From assembly GCA_963793115.1 (NCBI GenBank), contig CAWBYV010000020.1, positions 262,124 through 326,123 on the forward strand: a stretch of DNA of 64,000 nucleotides. The letters run 5' to 3'. Positions within the stretch are counted from its first letter, which is position 1. Each line of letters begins with the position of its first letter. The notes under the pieces are model-generated. The model was given only the letters and a program-made list of their open reading frames with translations. It was not told where the DNA came from and searched no databases. Source of the DNA: an uncultured delta proteobacterium. GTDB taxonomy: Bacteria; Desulfobacterota; Binatia; Binatales; Binataceae. Below, in pieces: positions 10,492-19,515 of the stretch. A program made the position numbers and the translations under genes.

Positions 10492-10962
10492 ATGACAACA
10501 GCTATTCGCCTGGATGATATGGAGGGCCTGCGCGCGAAGATCGGCAAGGAGTGGGGTCCCTGGAGCGATCCGATCGAAGTGACTCAGGAGAAAATCAACC
10601 GGTTCGCCGACGTTACCGGCGATCACCAGTGGATTCATGTCGATATCGAGCGATGCAAAAAGGAGAGTCCGTTCGGAGGCCCGGTCGCCCACGGTTTTCT
10701 GACCGTGAGCCTGCTGCCGGCATTCAGGGGCCATGACGAGTGGACGATCACCGGGTTCAGCAACGTCGTGAACTACGGCGCCAACAAGCTGCGCTTCATC
10801 TCGCCCGTGCCCGCCGGAGCCAAGGTTCACGCGCGCTCGCGATTGGTCGCGGTCGAGCCGAGACCGATGGGCGTGATGGTCACTCGCGAGACCGAGGTGA
10901 GTGTCGTCGGCAATGAGAAGCCCGCGTTGGTCTACGAGGGACTGGCGCTGTTCGTCCGCTGA
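10492..10962 (+). CDS. MaoC-like (R)-specific enoyl-CoA hydratase, hotdog fold
   Basis: FADVTGDHQWIHVDIERCKKESPFGGPVAHGFL hydratase motif, 156 aa. Confidence 0.85.
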   Translation: MTTAIRLDDMEGLRAKIGKEWGPWSDPIEVTQEKINRFADVTGDHQWIHVDIERCKKESPFGGPVAHGFLTVSLLPAFRGHDEWTITGFSNVVNYGANKLRFISPVPAGAKVHARSRLVAVEPRPMGVMVTRETEVSVVGNEKPALVYEGLALFVR

Positions 10963-11029
10963 CGCGCCGTGGTTTGCCGACCAATGACCGGCGGGACACC
11001 GGTCCTACTTCATGTAGAGGGACCGGCGT

Positions 11030-11100
11030 CTTACGCCTCTCCCTGACCAGGGAGAGGCCGGCGGGCGCTTGCGTCAGCAAGCTGCGCGCCGGGTGAGGGT
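11030..11100 (+). repeat. REP family 1 copy
   Basis: CTTACGCCTCTCCCTGACCAGGGAGAGGCCGGC...GCCGGGTGAGGGT, nearly identical to the copy at 942-1003. Confidence 0.75.
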
Positions 11101-11127
11101 ATCCGCGTTTCTTACTTGGGAGAACAC

Positions 11128-12024
11128 ATGGCCTACGGACAGATTCTCTACGACGTCAGCGACAACATCCTGACCATCACGCTCAACCGGCCCGAGAAGC
11201 TCAACGCGTTCACCGACCAGATGATGGCCGAGATGCTCGACGCGCTCGACCGCGCCGACGCGGACGACGACGTGCGGGCGATAATCGTGACTGGAGCGGG
11301 GCGCGGATTTTGCGCCGGCGCGGATCTCTCGGCCGGAGGCCGCGCGGCCTTCGATCACGCCGCGCGTCCCGAAAAGCAGGGCGCGATACGCCCGGACGGC
11401 AGCGTCGATTGGAGCAACGAAGCGGTCCGCGACGGCGGCGGGCGCGTGGCGTTGCGCATCTTCCGCTGCCTTAAACCGATCATCGCAGCGGTGAATGGAG
11501 CCGCGGTGGGAGTCGGGGTCACGATGCAATTGCCGATGGACGTCCGCATTGCCGCCGATGACGCGCGCTTCGGCTTCGTTTTCGCCCGGCGCGGGATTGT
11601 GCCCGAGGCCTGCTCGGCTTGGTTCCTGCCGCGGGTAGTCGGAATCTCGCGGGCGCTCGAATGGACCTTCAGCGGGCGGGTATTCCCGGCCCAGGAAGCG
11701 CTCGACGCCGGCTTGGTCAGCAAACTCTACAAAAAGGAGGAACTGATTCCAGCGGCACGCGCCCTGGCCCGCGAGATCGCGGACCATGCCGCGCCGGTGT
11801 CGGTGGCGCTGACCCGCCAGATGCTCTGGCAGATGCTCGGCGCGAACCATCCGATGGAAGCGCACAAGATCGACAGCCGCGCGATCTTTGCCCGCGCCGC
11901 CTCGGCCGACGCGAGGGAGGGCGTCAGCTCGTTCCTCGAAAAGCGGCCGGCAAAGTTCACCAACCGCGTGTCGAAGGACATGCCGTCATTCTTCCCGTGG
12001 TCAAAGGAGCCCAAGTACGAGTGA
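11128..12024 (+). CDS. enoyl-CoA hydratase/isomerase (crotonase) family protein
   Basis: ITLNRPEKLNAF...VTGAGRGFCAGADL oxyanion-hole motif. ATG 11128 is preferred. Confidence 0.85.
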   Translation: MAYGQILYDVSDNILTITLNRPEKLNAFTDQMMAEMLDALDRADADDDVRAIIVTGAGRGFCAGADLSAGGRAAFDHAARPEKQGAIRPDGSVDWSNEAVRDGGGRVALRIFRCLKPIIAAVNGAAVGVGVTMQLPMDVRIAADDARFGFVFARRGIVPEACSAWFLPRVVGISRALEWTFSGRVFPAQEALDAGLVSKLYKKEELIPAARALAREIADHAAPVSVALTRQMLWQMLGANHPMEAHKIDSRAIFARAASADAREGVSSFLEKRPAKFTNRVSKDMPSFFPWSKEPKYE

Positions 12025-12058
12025 CGCGCCGCCTCTCCGATCGAGCCCGAGCCTCGAG

Positions 12059-12153
12059 AATCGGATGGCCGGCAGGGACGCCTGCCACTACCCTGAATGA
12101 GCGCGTCGTAAGGTAGGGGCCGGCCTTGCGCCGGTGGCGACCGTGCCGGCCCT
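12059..12153 (+). repeat. REP family 2 double hairpin (TGGCCGGCAGGGACGCCnGCCA ... GGGCCGGCC..GCCGGCCC)
   Basis: Second copy at 13803-13883 in the same orientation. Translates as the spurious GWPAGTPATTLNE peptide seen in the ORF track. Confidence 0.7.
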
Positions 12154-12239
12154 CTTAAGAAGCCCCGCATTACCAAGCCACCTTGCGGCTTGATACCCGC
12201 AGCATCGGCGCATAATCTCGCCCCAACCGGAGGTATGCG

Positions 12240-12656
12240 ATGACCGAAGAACGCGAACGTGGCCCCTTCCTGACCGTGATGATGGTGCTGTTTGCGATCC
12301 TGACGCTCTCGGACTTCACCAAGCCGCTGCAGCATCTGCGCCAGCCCGACCATCTCGGAATCGTAATCATGGGCGTGCGTTTCGAGAGCTTTTGGTCGAA
12401 CCTGATCCTGGGACCGATGCTGGGCCTCGTCATCGGCGCTTACACGTACGGGCTCTGGAAACTCAAATCGTGGCTGGTGCCGCTGTCGATCGTGTACGCG
12501 TTCTACGTGCCGCTTAACCTGGTGCTCTTCTGGTGGCGCGATATGGGTCCCAGTATCCCTTCACTTGGCTTCATGATCGTCTACCTGGCCTTCGCGCTTA
12601 CCGGCTCGATCGGGACCGCATTGTATATCGCCTATCATCGCGACAAGCTCGCGTGA
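12240..12656 (+). CDS. hypothetical membrane protein (about 4 TM segments)
   Basis: Four hydrophobic stretches. GGAGG RBS 7 nt upstream. No family recognised. Confidence 0.55.
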   Translation: MTEERERGPFLTVMMVLFAILTLSDFTKPLQHLRQPDHLGIVIMGVRFESFWSNLILGPMLGLVIGAYTYGLWKLKSWLVPLSIVYAFYVPLNLVLFWWRDMGPSIPSLGFMIVYLAFALTGSIGTALYIAYHRDKLA

Positions 12657-12739
12657 GGGTGCCCACTATCGTCGGATTGCCAATCGTTACGTTGCGGAGT
12701 CCGCGCCGATCTGGCAGCTTTCCCGGAGGGTGCTTCGCG

Positions 12740-12928
12740 ATGCGCTGTCCGATCTGCCGCCAACCCGCAGACTCCTCCCGCGCCAATCTCTTCAGGCCGT
12801 TTTGCTCGGAGCGATGCCGCGATATCGACTTGGGCCAGTGGGCCGGTGAGAGCTATCGCGTGCCGGGCGGCAAGGTCGAAGACCACGAGCATCCCGACGA
12901 CCTGAAGAAAAAGAAGCTACTCAATTGA
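12740..12928 (+). CDS. yacG: DNA gyrase inhibitor YacG (zinc finger)
   Basis: MRCPICRQP...FRPFCSERCRDIDLGQWA gives a CxxC...CxxxC zinc ribbon with the conserved DLGxW. Confidence 0.8.
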   Translation: MRCPICRQPADSSRANLFRPFCSERCRDIDLGQWAGESYRVPGGKVEDHEHPDDLKKKKLLN

Positions 12929-13776
12929 GCGGCAAGCCCGGCGACAGTTCTGGCCATCAGTCTGGCGCGCCCCCCCGGATCTATCGGGGCGCTGTCGTCG
13001 GCCGCGAGGTCGAGCTTGGCCCGGGGGTCGAAGTCGGCCCCTTCTGCATCCTCGACGGACGAATCCGGATCGGCGCCGGCACCCGGCTGATCGGTCACGT
13101 TACGATTCTCGGCGACACGCAACTCGGCGAGCATAATGTGCTCCATCCCAACGTCGTGATCGGCGACGAGCCGCAGGACCTGACCTACTCGGGAGGGCCG
13201 CGCTCGGTGCGGATCGGCAATCGCAACGTCTTTCGCGAAGGCGTCACGGTCCATCGCGGATGCGAGCGCGGCGAGGTCACGATCATCGGTGACGGCAACT
13301 TCCTGATGAGCAACGCGCACGTTGCGCACGACTGCCGCGTCGGCAACTCGGTCATACTCGCCAACGGCGCGTTGCTTGGCGGATGGGTCGAAGTTGGCGA
13401 TCTGGCGTTCGTCTCGGGCAACTGCGTGGTGCATCAGTATTGCCGGGTCGGGCGGCTCGCGATGATGCGCGGGCTGAGCCGCACTAGCCGCGACATCCCG
13501 CCCTTTTGCATCTCGGACCACACGCACACGCTGCGCGCAATCAACGCGGTGGGACTTCGCCGGGCCGGTTTCAGCCCGGCTGCAATCAAGGCGCTCAGGA
13601 AAGCGTTCGGCGCGCTCTTCGGCGAACGGCGGAACTTGAAGCTCGCGATCGACGCTCTGGTGAGCCAGGGGGACATCACTCCCGAGGTCGCCGAGCTGGT
13701 CGGCTTCATCCGCGCCTCGAAGCGCGGCGTTGCTTTTGGAGCCGGCCATCCGTCCGGCGATGAATCCAGCGACTAG
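12925..13776 (+). CDS. lpxA: acyl-ACP--UDP-N-acetylglucosamine O-acyltransferase
   Basis: Left-handed beta-helix hexapeptide repeats, GDEPQDLTY, HVAHDCRVGN, VHQYCRVG, GLRRAGFS. Confidence 0.9.
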   Translation: MSGKPGDSSGHQSGAPPRIYRGAVVGREVELGPGVEVGPFCILDGRIRIGAGTRLIGHVTILGDTQLGEHNVLHPNVVIGDEPQDLTYSGGPRSVRIGNRNVFREGVTVHRGCERGEVTIIGDGNFLMSNAHVAHDCRVGNSVILANGALLGGWVEVGDLAFVSGNCVVHQYCRVGRLAMMRGLSRTSRDIPPFCISDHTHTLRAINAVGLRRAGFSPAAIKALRKAFGALFGERRNLKLAIDALVSQGDITPEVAELVGFIRASKRGVAFGAGHPSGDESSD

Positions 13777-13802
13777 TGCGCTGGGTAGTGGGCGGTTTTG
13801 GA

Positions 13803-13883
13803 GTCGGATGGCCGGCAGGGACGCCGGCCACTACCCTGAATGAAGCTCCTATATTGTGTAGGGGCCGGCCTCCGTGCCGGCCC
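13803..13883 (+). repeat. REP family 2 copy
   Basis: Same two 8-bp GC hairpins as at 12059-12153. Confidence 0.7.
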
Positions 13884-13931
13884 GTGCTGTCAAAGCCGCC
13901 CACTACTGCGCGCGCTGGGCGCGGCGAGCAA

Positions 13932-14825
13932 TCAGAATCGAACGGTCGCGATCACCCCGGCGTGATCGGAAGCCCACAGCCAGCCGCCGTCGGGCGTTCG
14001 ACCGGGGCGGTCCAGGAACAAACCCACCTCGGCGATTTCGGAGCCGCGCCCCCGGCCGGGCCTGAAAAAGAGATAGTCGATTCGCTGGTTGTGTGCGCCG
14101 TGCGGCGACTCGATATCGATATCGTCGCGGTCGTTGGTAAACCCCGGTCCCGACCCTGCTGCCTGCCAGAGATCGAGGAAGCCGGCGCCCGTTATGGCGG
14201 CGATCGTTTCGGAGTCAGGAACGTCGTTGAAGTCGCCGGCGAGCAAAAGCGGCGTTGACAAAAGTGGCGATGATGGATCGCCCGCACGCTCGAGCCACGC
14301 GACCAGCTCGCGAGCCTGCTGCAGACGGATAGCGACCCCCGCCGTGGTCTCGCTGCTGTCGGTCAGATGGGTCACGCAAACCTGCAACTCGATTCCGTTC
14401 GGGATTCGGTAACGCGCGCGCATCGCGATCCGATCGTCCGGCAAGCGATAGCGATGGCCCGCGACTTGCGCTTCGAGCCGCACTTGCGCGTCGAACTTGA
14501 GGACTTCGACTGGCGCGCAGGCTTCGAGCCGGCTCATGATGGCGAGGCCGTCCTCGAAGGCATGTTCGCCTTCGCCGCTCCCGTCGGCCCGCGCATAGTC
14601 GAGCCGGTACGGCGCGTTGGCGCATCGCACATTCACGCGGGCCGAGAGCGACGCGCCGGCGTCGCCTCCGATCGCGCTTCGCGAGACCTCTTGCAAGGCG
14701 ATCACGTCGGGGCGGTGCGCAGCTACTTCCGCGGCGATAAAGTCGAGCCTCCGTTCGAGATGGCGAAACGTGGGAACGTCGTGGAAGAGATTGCAGGTCA
14801 GCAGCTTGAATTCAGCCGTGCTCAT
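13932..14825 (-). CDS. endonuclease/exonuclease/phosphatase (EEP) family protein
   Basis: LLTCNLFH near the N-terminus, ALQEV, GDFN, and a C-terminal SDHAGV. ATG 14825 (MSTAEFKLL) is preferred over the track start. Confidence 0.75.
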   Translation of the reverse strand: MSTAEFKLLTCNLFHDVPTFRHLERRLDFIAAEVAAHRPDVIALQEVSRSAIGGDAGASLSARVNVRCANAPYRLDYARADGSGEGEHAFEDGLAIMSRLEACAPVEVLKFDAQVRLEAQVAGHRYRLPDDRIAMRARYRIPNGIELQVCVTHLTDSSETTAGVAIRLQQARELVAWLERAGDPSSPLLSTPLLLAGDFNDVPDSETIAAITGAGFLDLWQAAGSGPGFTNDRDDIDIESPHGAHNQRIDYLFFRPGRGRGSEIAEVGLFLDRPGRTPDGGWLWASDHAGVIATVRF

Positions 14826-14917
14826 GGTTTCGGAATCCCGGCGCGTCTCTTCGTGATGCCTCAGCGAGCCCGAGCATCCCGGTTGCCTCCTGAGCGGCGC
14901 ACCGATAAGAAACAGAC

Positions 14918-15373
14918 ATGCGCATCCGGTCTCGATTTCTCGTCGGCGCGTGCGTGATCGCCACTGCAATCGGCTACCTGATTGTCACCGCAATCCGCAA
15001 CACTGCAGAATACTATCTCACCGTCAACGAGGTCTGCACGCGCCGCGCCGAGCTGGAGGGGCAGGCGCTGCGAATCGCGGGGCGAGTCAGGCCGGGCAGC
15101 GTGAGTTGGGACCCGCGGACCCTGACGCTCGCGTTCGCAATCGCCGCGATCCCCAATCCCGCTGGCGCCGGAGTTCAACCGGCGGCGGCCGTGACGCCGC
15201 TCTCGCTCCACGTCGTGTGCGTAGGCCAGCCCAAGCCAGACATGTTCGCCGAAGGCCGCGACGTGATCGTCGAGGGGCGGCTGGGCCCCGGCGGCGAGGT
15301 CGCCGCCAATCAGGTGCTCACAGCCTGCCCGTCGAAATACGTCCCCAAAGACCCCAAGAGTGCGCCGGGTTAG
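14918..15373 (+). CDS. ccmE: cytochrome c maturation heme chaperone CcmE, CxxxY variant
   Basis: N-terminal anchor plus OB-fold region (LRIAGRV.PGSV, DMFAEGRDVIVEG). The heme-binding position reads C137-PSK-Y141 instead of HxxxY. Confidence 0.88.
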   Translation: MRIRSRFLVGACVIATAIGYLIVTAIRNTAEYYLTVNEVCTRRAELEGQALRIAGRVRPGSVSWDPRTLTLAFAIAAIPNPAGAGVQPAAAVTPLSLHVVCVGQPKPDMFAEGRDVIVEGRLGPGGEVAANQVLTACPSKYVPKDPKSAPG

Positions 15374-15446
15374 CGCTCGCTCGGCCCCCAGCTCCGCCCC
15401 GCGCCGCCGATACCACGGACGTTCTTCTCGGAGCCAGGCAGTTCGA

Positions 15447-15483
15447 TTGGCAGGGGCCTGTACGTGGTATATGCTGCCACGTA
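15447..15483 (+). promoter_or_regulatory. putative sigma-70 promoter (TTGGCA-N17-TATGCT) with overlapping 7-bp inverted repeat TACGTGG-N9-CCACGTA
   Basis: Read directly. Sits just upstream of the toxin-antitoxin pair. The operator role is an inference. Confidence 0.3.
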
Positions 15484-15501
15484 GTGGAGACGACGACTGG
15501 C

Positions 15502-15793
15502 GTGAGCGAAGCTGCTCAGACGGCGGAAATGGACGGATCGGCAAGGAAACCTCTTCGAGATCGTCATCTGGAAAGTTGAGCGCAATGTCCGCCATCCTGA
15601 AGGCGTCCGTTATCGGCTTGCGCTCATTCGCCCCGGAGAGAAGGAACCGACTCTTGTGTATGACAATCATCACCCCAAGGGGCACCATCGGCACATAGCA
15701 GGGCGCGAGGAGCCCTATCTCTTTGGATCGGTCCAGGGGCTCGTCGCTGACTTCCTTGCCGAGGCGATCGCGCTCGGCGCGGGCGTGAGATGA
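15502..15793 (+). pseudogene. small toxin resembling the 'TumE family' (DUF6516-like) TA toxin; one frame break near 15547
   Basis: GTG 15502 (MSEAAQTAEMDGSARK) must shift frame to read LFEIVIWKVERNVRHPEGVRYRLALIRPGEKEPTLVYDNHHPKGHHRHIAGREEPYLF. TGA 15791-15793 overlaps ATG 15790. The ORF is not in the track as one piece. The family name is from memory. Confidence 0.5.
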
Positions 15794-16167
15794 AGACGGT
15801 GACTTTTTCGATCCGGCCTCTAAGCAACGTGATGGCGGACTTCGCCGAGACATTCGAGGCGGTTCGCACGGGCCGACGAATCCCCAGGGCGCGGCGTGAT
15901 GAGGTTGGCTTCACGAGCATCGAAGCCGCACGCAATTTTCTCACGCGCGAGAGACTTGCCCTGCTCAGAACGATCCGGCTGCGCCATCCGGGCTCGCTAT
16001 ATGAGCTCGCGAAAATGTTGAAGCGCGACTTCAAGAATGTGCAGGAAGACATCCGGATTCTCGAGCGGCACGGCCTGGTGCGAATCGCCCGGGAGTCACG
16101 CGGCAAGCGCAAGGTGAAAGTGCCGCGAGTCCCCTTCGAGGAGATCGCGCTGAAGATAGCAATCTAG
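15790..16167 (+). CDS. HTH DNA-binding protein, putative antitoxin partner
   Basis: LTRERLALLRTIRLRHPGSLYELAKMLKRDFKNVQEDIRILERHGLV winged-HTH. ATGA coupling to the upstream toxin-like ORF. Confidence 0.65.
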   Translation: MKTVTFSIRPLSNVMADFAETFEAVRTGRRIPRARRDEVGFTSIEAARNFLTRERLALLRTIRLRHPGSLYELAKMLKRDFKNVQEDIRILERHGLVRIARESRGKRKVKVPRVPFEEIALKIAI

Positions 16168-16271
16168 ATTAGCGCCAGGCAGTCATCGGCGGGCTGAAAA
16201 GACGCTATCCAAAACGTGCCCGCTGCCTGATATGTTTGCAGCGGGGTCGTGAAGTCCCGGCTGAACTCGTT

Positions 16272-18290
16272 ATGCCCGTTTTAGGAAGATTAACGCTCGC
16301 ACTGGCGCTCGCCGTGGGCGTTTATTCGATCGGCGCGAACGTGATTGGCGCGCGGCGCGGCCGCCTCGATCTGTTAATCAGCGCCCGGCATGCGCTGTGG
16401 GCGATGTGCGCGATGATCACGGCGGCCGTCGCGTCGCTGTGGGCCGGCCTGCTGCGAAGCGATTTCTCGCTGGAGTACGTTGCCTCGTACTCCAGCACCA
16501 CGCTGCCGACTGTATACAAGATCACCGCGCTGTGGGGCGGCCAGCAGGGCTCGCTGCTGTTCTGGACCTGGCTGCTTTCGATCTTCACCGCGCTGGTCGC
16601 GATTCAGAACCGCCGCCGAAATCCGGAGATAGCGCCGTACGCGCTCGCCGTGATGGCGGTCGTCGCGGTCTTTTTCCTCGGGATGCTCAACTTCGTCACG
16701 CGCCCATTCGATCTGCTCACGCCCATGCCGCTCGAAGGTTCCGACTTGAACCCGCTGCTTCAGAACTACTGGATGGCGATTCATCCGCCGTCGCTGTACA
16801 TGGGCTACGTCAGCGCGACGGTGCCGTTCGCGTTCGGCGCCGGAGCGCTGATCACGGGCAAGCTTGGCGACGACTGGATTCGCAGCACGCGGCGATGGGC
16901 GATTTTCTCGTGGTTCTTCCTGACGCTGGGCAACATCTTCGGCGCGCGGTGGGCCTACAAGGTGCTGGGATGGGGCGGCTACTGGGCGTGGGACCCGGTC
17001 GAGAACGCGGCCTTCATGCCCTGGCTGGTGATGACCGCGTATCTGCATTCAGTGATGATCCAGGAACGCAGGGGCATGCTGAAGGTCTGGAACCTGGCGC
17101 TGATTGGCTTGGCCTTCCTGCTCACGCTGTTCGGCACCTTTATCACGCGCAGCGGAGTCATCTCGTCGGTCCACTCCTTTACGCAGTCCGGTCTCGGTCC
17201 CTACTTCCTTACCTTTCTGATCGTGGTCACGGTCTCGTACGCGGCGTTGCTGATCTCGCGGGTGCGGATGCTCCGCAGCCCGGCCGAGTTCGAGTCTTAC
17301 CTCTCACGCGAGGCGGCGTTCCTGTTCAACAACCTGGTGCTGGTCGGAATCACGTTCGCGGTCTTCTGGGGCACGATCTTCCCGGTGCTGTCCGAGGCGG
17401 TTCGCGGCGTCAAGATCACAGTCGGGCCGCCGTTCTTCAATAAGGTCAACGGGCCGCTCGCGCTCGCGCTGATTTTCCTGACGGGCGTGGGACCGCTGAT
17501 CGCCTGGCGCAAAGCCAGCCGCTCGAACCTGGTGAGAAACTTCGCAGCACCCGCGTCGGTCGGGGTCGTGACCGGGCTCGCATGCTTCTACGCCGGCGGG
17601 ATCCGGCAATGGTACGTGCTCACGGCGTTGTCGCTGGCGGCGTTCGTGCTCGCCACGGTGGTGGTCGAGTTCGCGCGCGGTATCGACGCGCGCCGCCATC
17701 TGGTCGGCGAATCGCCGCCGCGCGCGCTGCTGAATCTGGTGGCGAAGAACAACCGGCGCTACGGCGGCTATATCATCCATGTCGGCGTGGTTGCCGCCTT
17801 CGTCGGAATCGTCGCGTCGTCGTTCTTCAAGACCGAGGTCAAGCAGAGCGTGCATGAGGGCGAGAGCTTCAGTATCGGAAACTACAAACTCAAATACCTC
17901 GGGCTTGAATCGTCCGACACGCCGCATCTGGCGAGCGCGGTCGCGCGGCTCGACGTTTTCGATCGCGGCCGTTGGATCGCGACCATGGAGCCGGCGAAGC
18001 TGTTCTTCAAGCAGCCGCAGCAGCCGGCGACCAAAGTGGCGATTCGTTCCAGTCCGCGCGCCGACCTGTATGTCGTGCTGGCCGGCATCGACGACGCGAG
18101 CGGGTTGGTCACCTTCAACGTCTTTTTGACCCCGCTGGTCTTCTGGCTGTGGGCCGGTGGACTGTTGATGGTGGCGGGAACCGTGGTCGTGATGTGGCCC
18201 AACGTGCGCGAGCGCGCTGCGATCGCGGTCGCGGTCAGGCGCGCAACCGACGAGGAGTTCGCCGGCGAAGCGGTGTCCCAAGGTGACTGA
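16272..18290 (+). CDS. ccmF: cytochrome c heme lyase subunit CcmF
   Basis: WGGYWAWDPVENAAFMPW WWD motif, more than 12 TM segments, N-terminus aligns with E. coli CcmF. ATG 16272 is preferred over TTG 16236. Confidence 0.92.
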   Translation: MPVLGRLTLALALAVGVYSIGANVIGARRGRLDLLISARHALWAMCAMITAAVASLWAGLLRSDFSLEYVASYSSTTLPTVYKITALWGGQQGSLLFWTWLLSIFTALVAIQNRRRNPEIAPYALAVMAVVAVFFLGMLNFVTRPFDLLTPMPLEGSDLNPLLQNYWMAIHPPSLYMGYVSATVPFAFGAGALITGKLGDDWIRSTRRWAIFSWFFLTLGNIFGARWAYKVLGWGGYWAWDPVENAAFMPWLVMTAYLHSVMIQERRGMLKVWNLALIGLAFLLTLFGTFITRSGVISSVHSFTQSGLGPYFLTFLIVVTVSYAALLISRVRMLRSPAEFESYLSREAAFLFNNLVLVGITFAVFWGTIFPVLSEAVRGVKITVGPPFFNKVNGPLALALIFLTGVGPLIAWRKASRSNLVRNFAAPASVGVVTGLACFYAGGIRQWYVLTALSLAAFVLATVVVEFARGIDARRHLVGESPPRALLNLVAKNNRRYGGYIIHVGVVAAFVGIVASSFFKTEVKQSVHEGESFSIGNYKLKYLGLESSDTPHLASAVARLDVFDRGRWIATMEPAKLFFKQPQQPATKVAIRSSPRADLYVVLAGIDDASGLVTFNVFLTPLVFWLWAGGLLMVAGTVVVMWPNVRERAAIAVAVRRATDEEFAGEAVSQGD

Positions 18291-18293
18291 CGC

Positions 18294-19003
18294 GTGAAAC
18301 CGCGCGCGCCCATCGTGCGGGCAGGCCCGTCAGGACGGATCGGTAAGCGGATAGGTAAAAGGACCGCGCTCGCCGCGGTTGTGACGCTCGCGCTCGGTTG
18401 GTATGGTCCGGCGTTCGCCGAGCCGGCCGCGCCCAGCGATTCTCCTCCGGCCTCGCTCAAGGACAAAGCGCTGCTCTTGAAGGACAAGGCCTCGACGCTG
18501 GCGGGTGACGCGTCGGCCGAGGCTGGCCGGCTCCTGCGACAGGTGATGGGCTCGATCGCGCCGGTTTCGATGCTCGCGGGTGCGCGCCAACGCTCGGGCC
18601 CGAGCACGATGCAGGAGGTAAGCGAAGGACTCACCTGTCAGTGCGGATGCGGCCTCACGGTCGCCAACTGCAACCATCCCACCTGCCCGTTCGCGGTCCC
18701 GCTACGGACGCAAATCGACGGGATGATCAAGGCCGGTATGCGGCCACGGCGATTATCGCGAGCTTCCGCGGAAAATACGGCGAGAAGATTCTTTCCGCGC
18801 CGACCACCGAAGGCTTCAATATTTTGGCTTGGACGATGCCGTTCGTCGCAGTGTTCGCAGGCGCGGTTCTGATCCTGATCGTGGTTGGGCGCCAGCGTCC
18901 ATCCGCGCCCGCGCCGGATAATCCGCCGGGCGAATCCGCCGCCCGCGAATTCGATCCGCGCCTGAAGAAGATCCTCGAACGCGACCTTCGCGAACGGCTC
19001 TAG
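18294..19003 (+). pseudogene. ccmH: CcmH/NrfF-like cytochrome c biogenesis protein with an atypical Cys motif; one frame break near 18740
   Basis: Signal peptide, LTCQCGCGLTVANCNHPTCPF...IDGMIKAG in one frame, then IIASFRGKYGEKILSAPTTEGFNILAWTMPF plus a TM segment in another frame. Confidence 0.65.
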
Positions 19004-19044
19004 CGCGATGCCGGGAAGCGAGTTGCCGGTAAGCCGGTGAGATA

Positions 19045-19515
19045 GTGGTCTACCTAGCTGCAATGCTGATAGTCGCCGGCGTGGCCTTGTACGTGGCCGC
19101 GCCGCTGGTCGGCGCGCGGCGCGCACCGAGCGAGCGCCGCGACACCTCGCAGGATGTCAACCTCGACCGCGTGATCCAGCAGCGTTCGCTGGCCCTGCAG
19201 GCGCTCACCGAGATCGAGTTCGATCGCGAAATGAACAAGCTCTCCGGCGAAGATTACCTGGCGCTGCGCGCGCCGCTGGAGGCCAGGGCACTCGGCGCGA
19301 TGGCCGAGATCGAGCGCCTGCGCGCCGAGCGCCGCGCCGGCGCCGCCCGCGAAGCCCAGCGCGTGCTGCCACCGGTCAAGCCGGTGGAGCGCCGCGTGCG
19401 CCGCCTCATCTACTGTCCGCAGTGCGGCGATCGGGTGCGCGCGGACGCCAGCTTTTGCACCGAATGCGGCGCCTCCCTCAATCCGATGAAGAGCCTCGCG
19501 ATGCAGGCTGACTGA
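19045..19515 (+). CDS. membrane-anchored protein with a CcmI-N-terminal-like helix and a C-terminal zinc ribbon
   Basis: N-terminal TM segment, LTEIEFDREMNKLSGEDYLALR (a CcmI-like L.EL..D...G motif), C-terminal CPQCG...CTECG. Confidence 0.45.
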   Translation: MVYLAAMLIVAGVALYVAAPLVGARRAPSERRDTSQDVNLDRVIQQRSLALQALTEIEFDREMNKLSGEDYLALRAPLEARALGAMAEIERLRAERRAGAAREAQRVLPPVKPVERRVRRLIYCPQCGDRVRADASFCTECGASLNPMKSLAMQAD

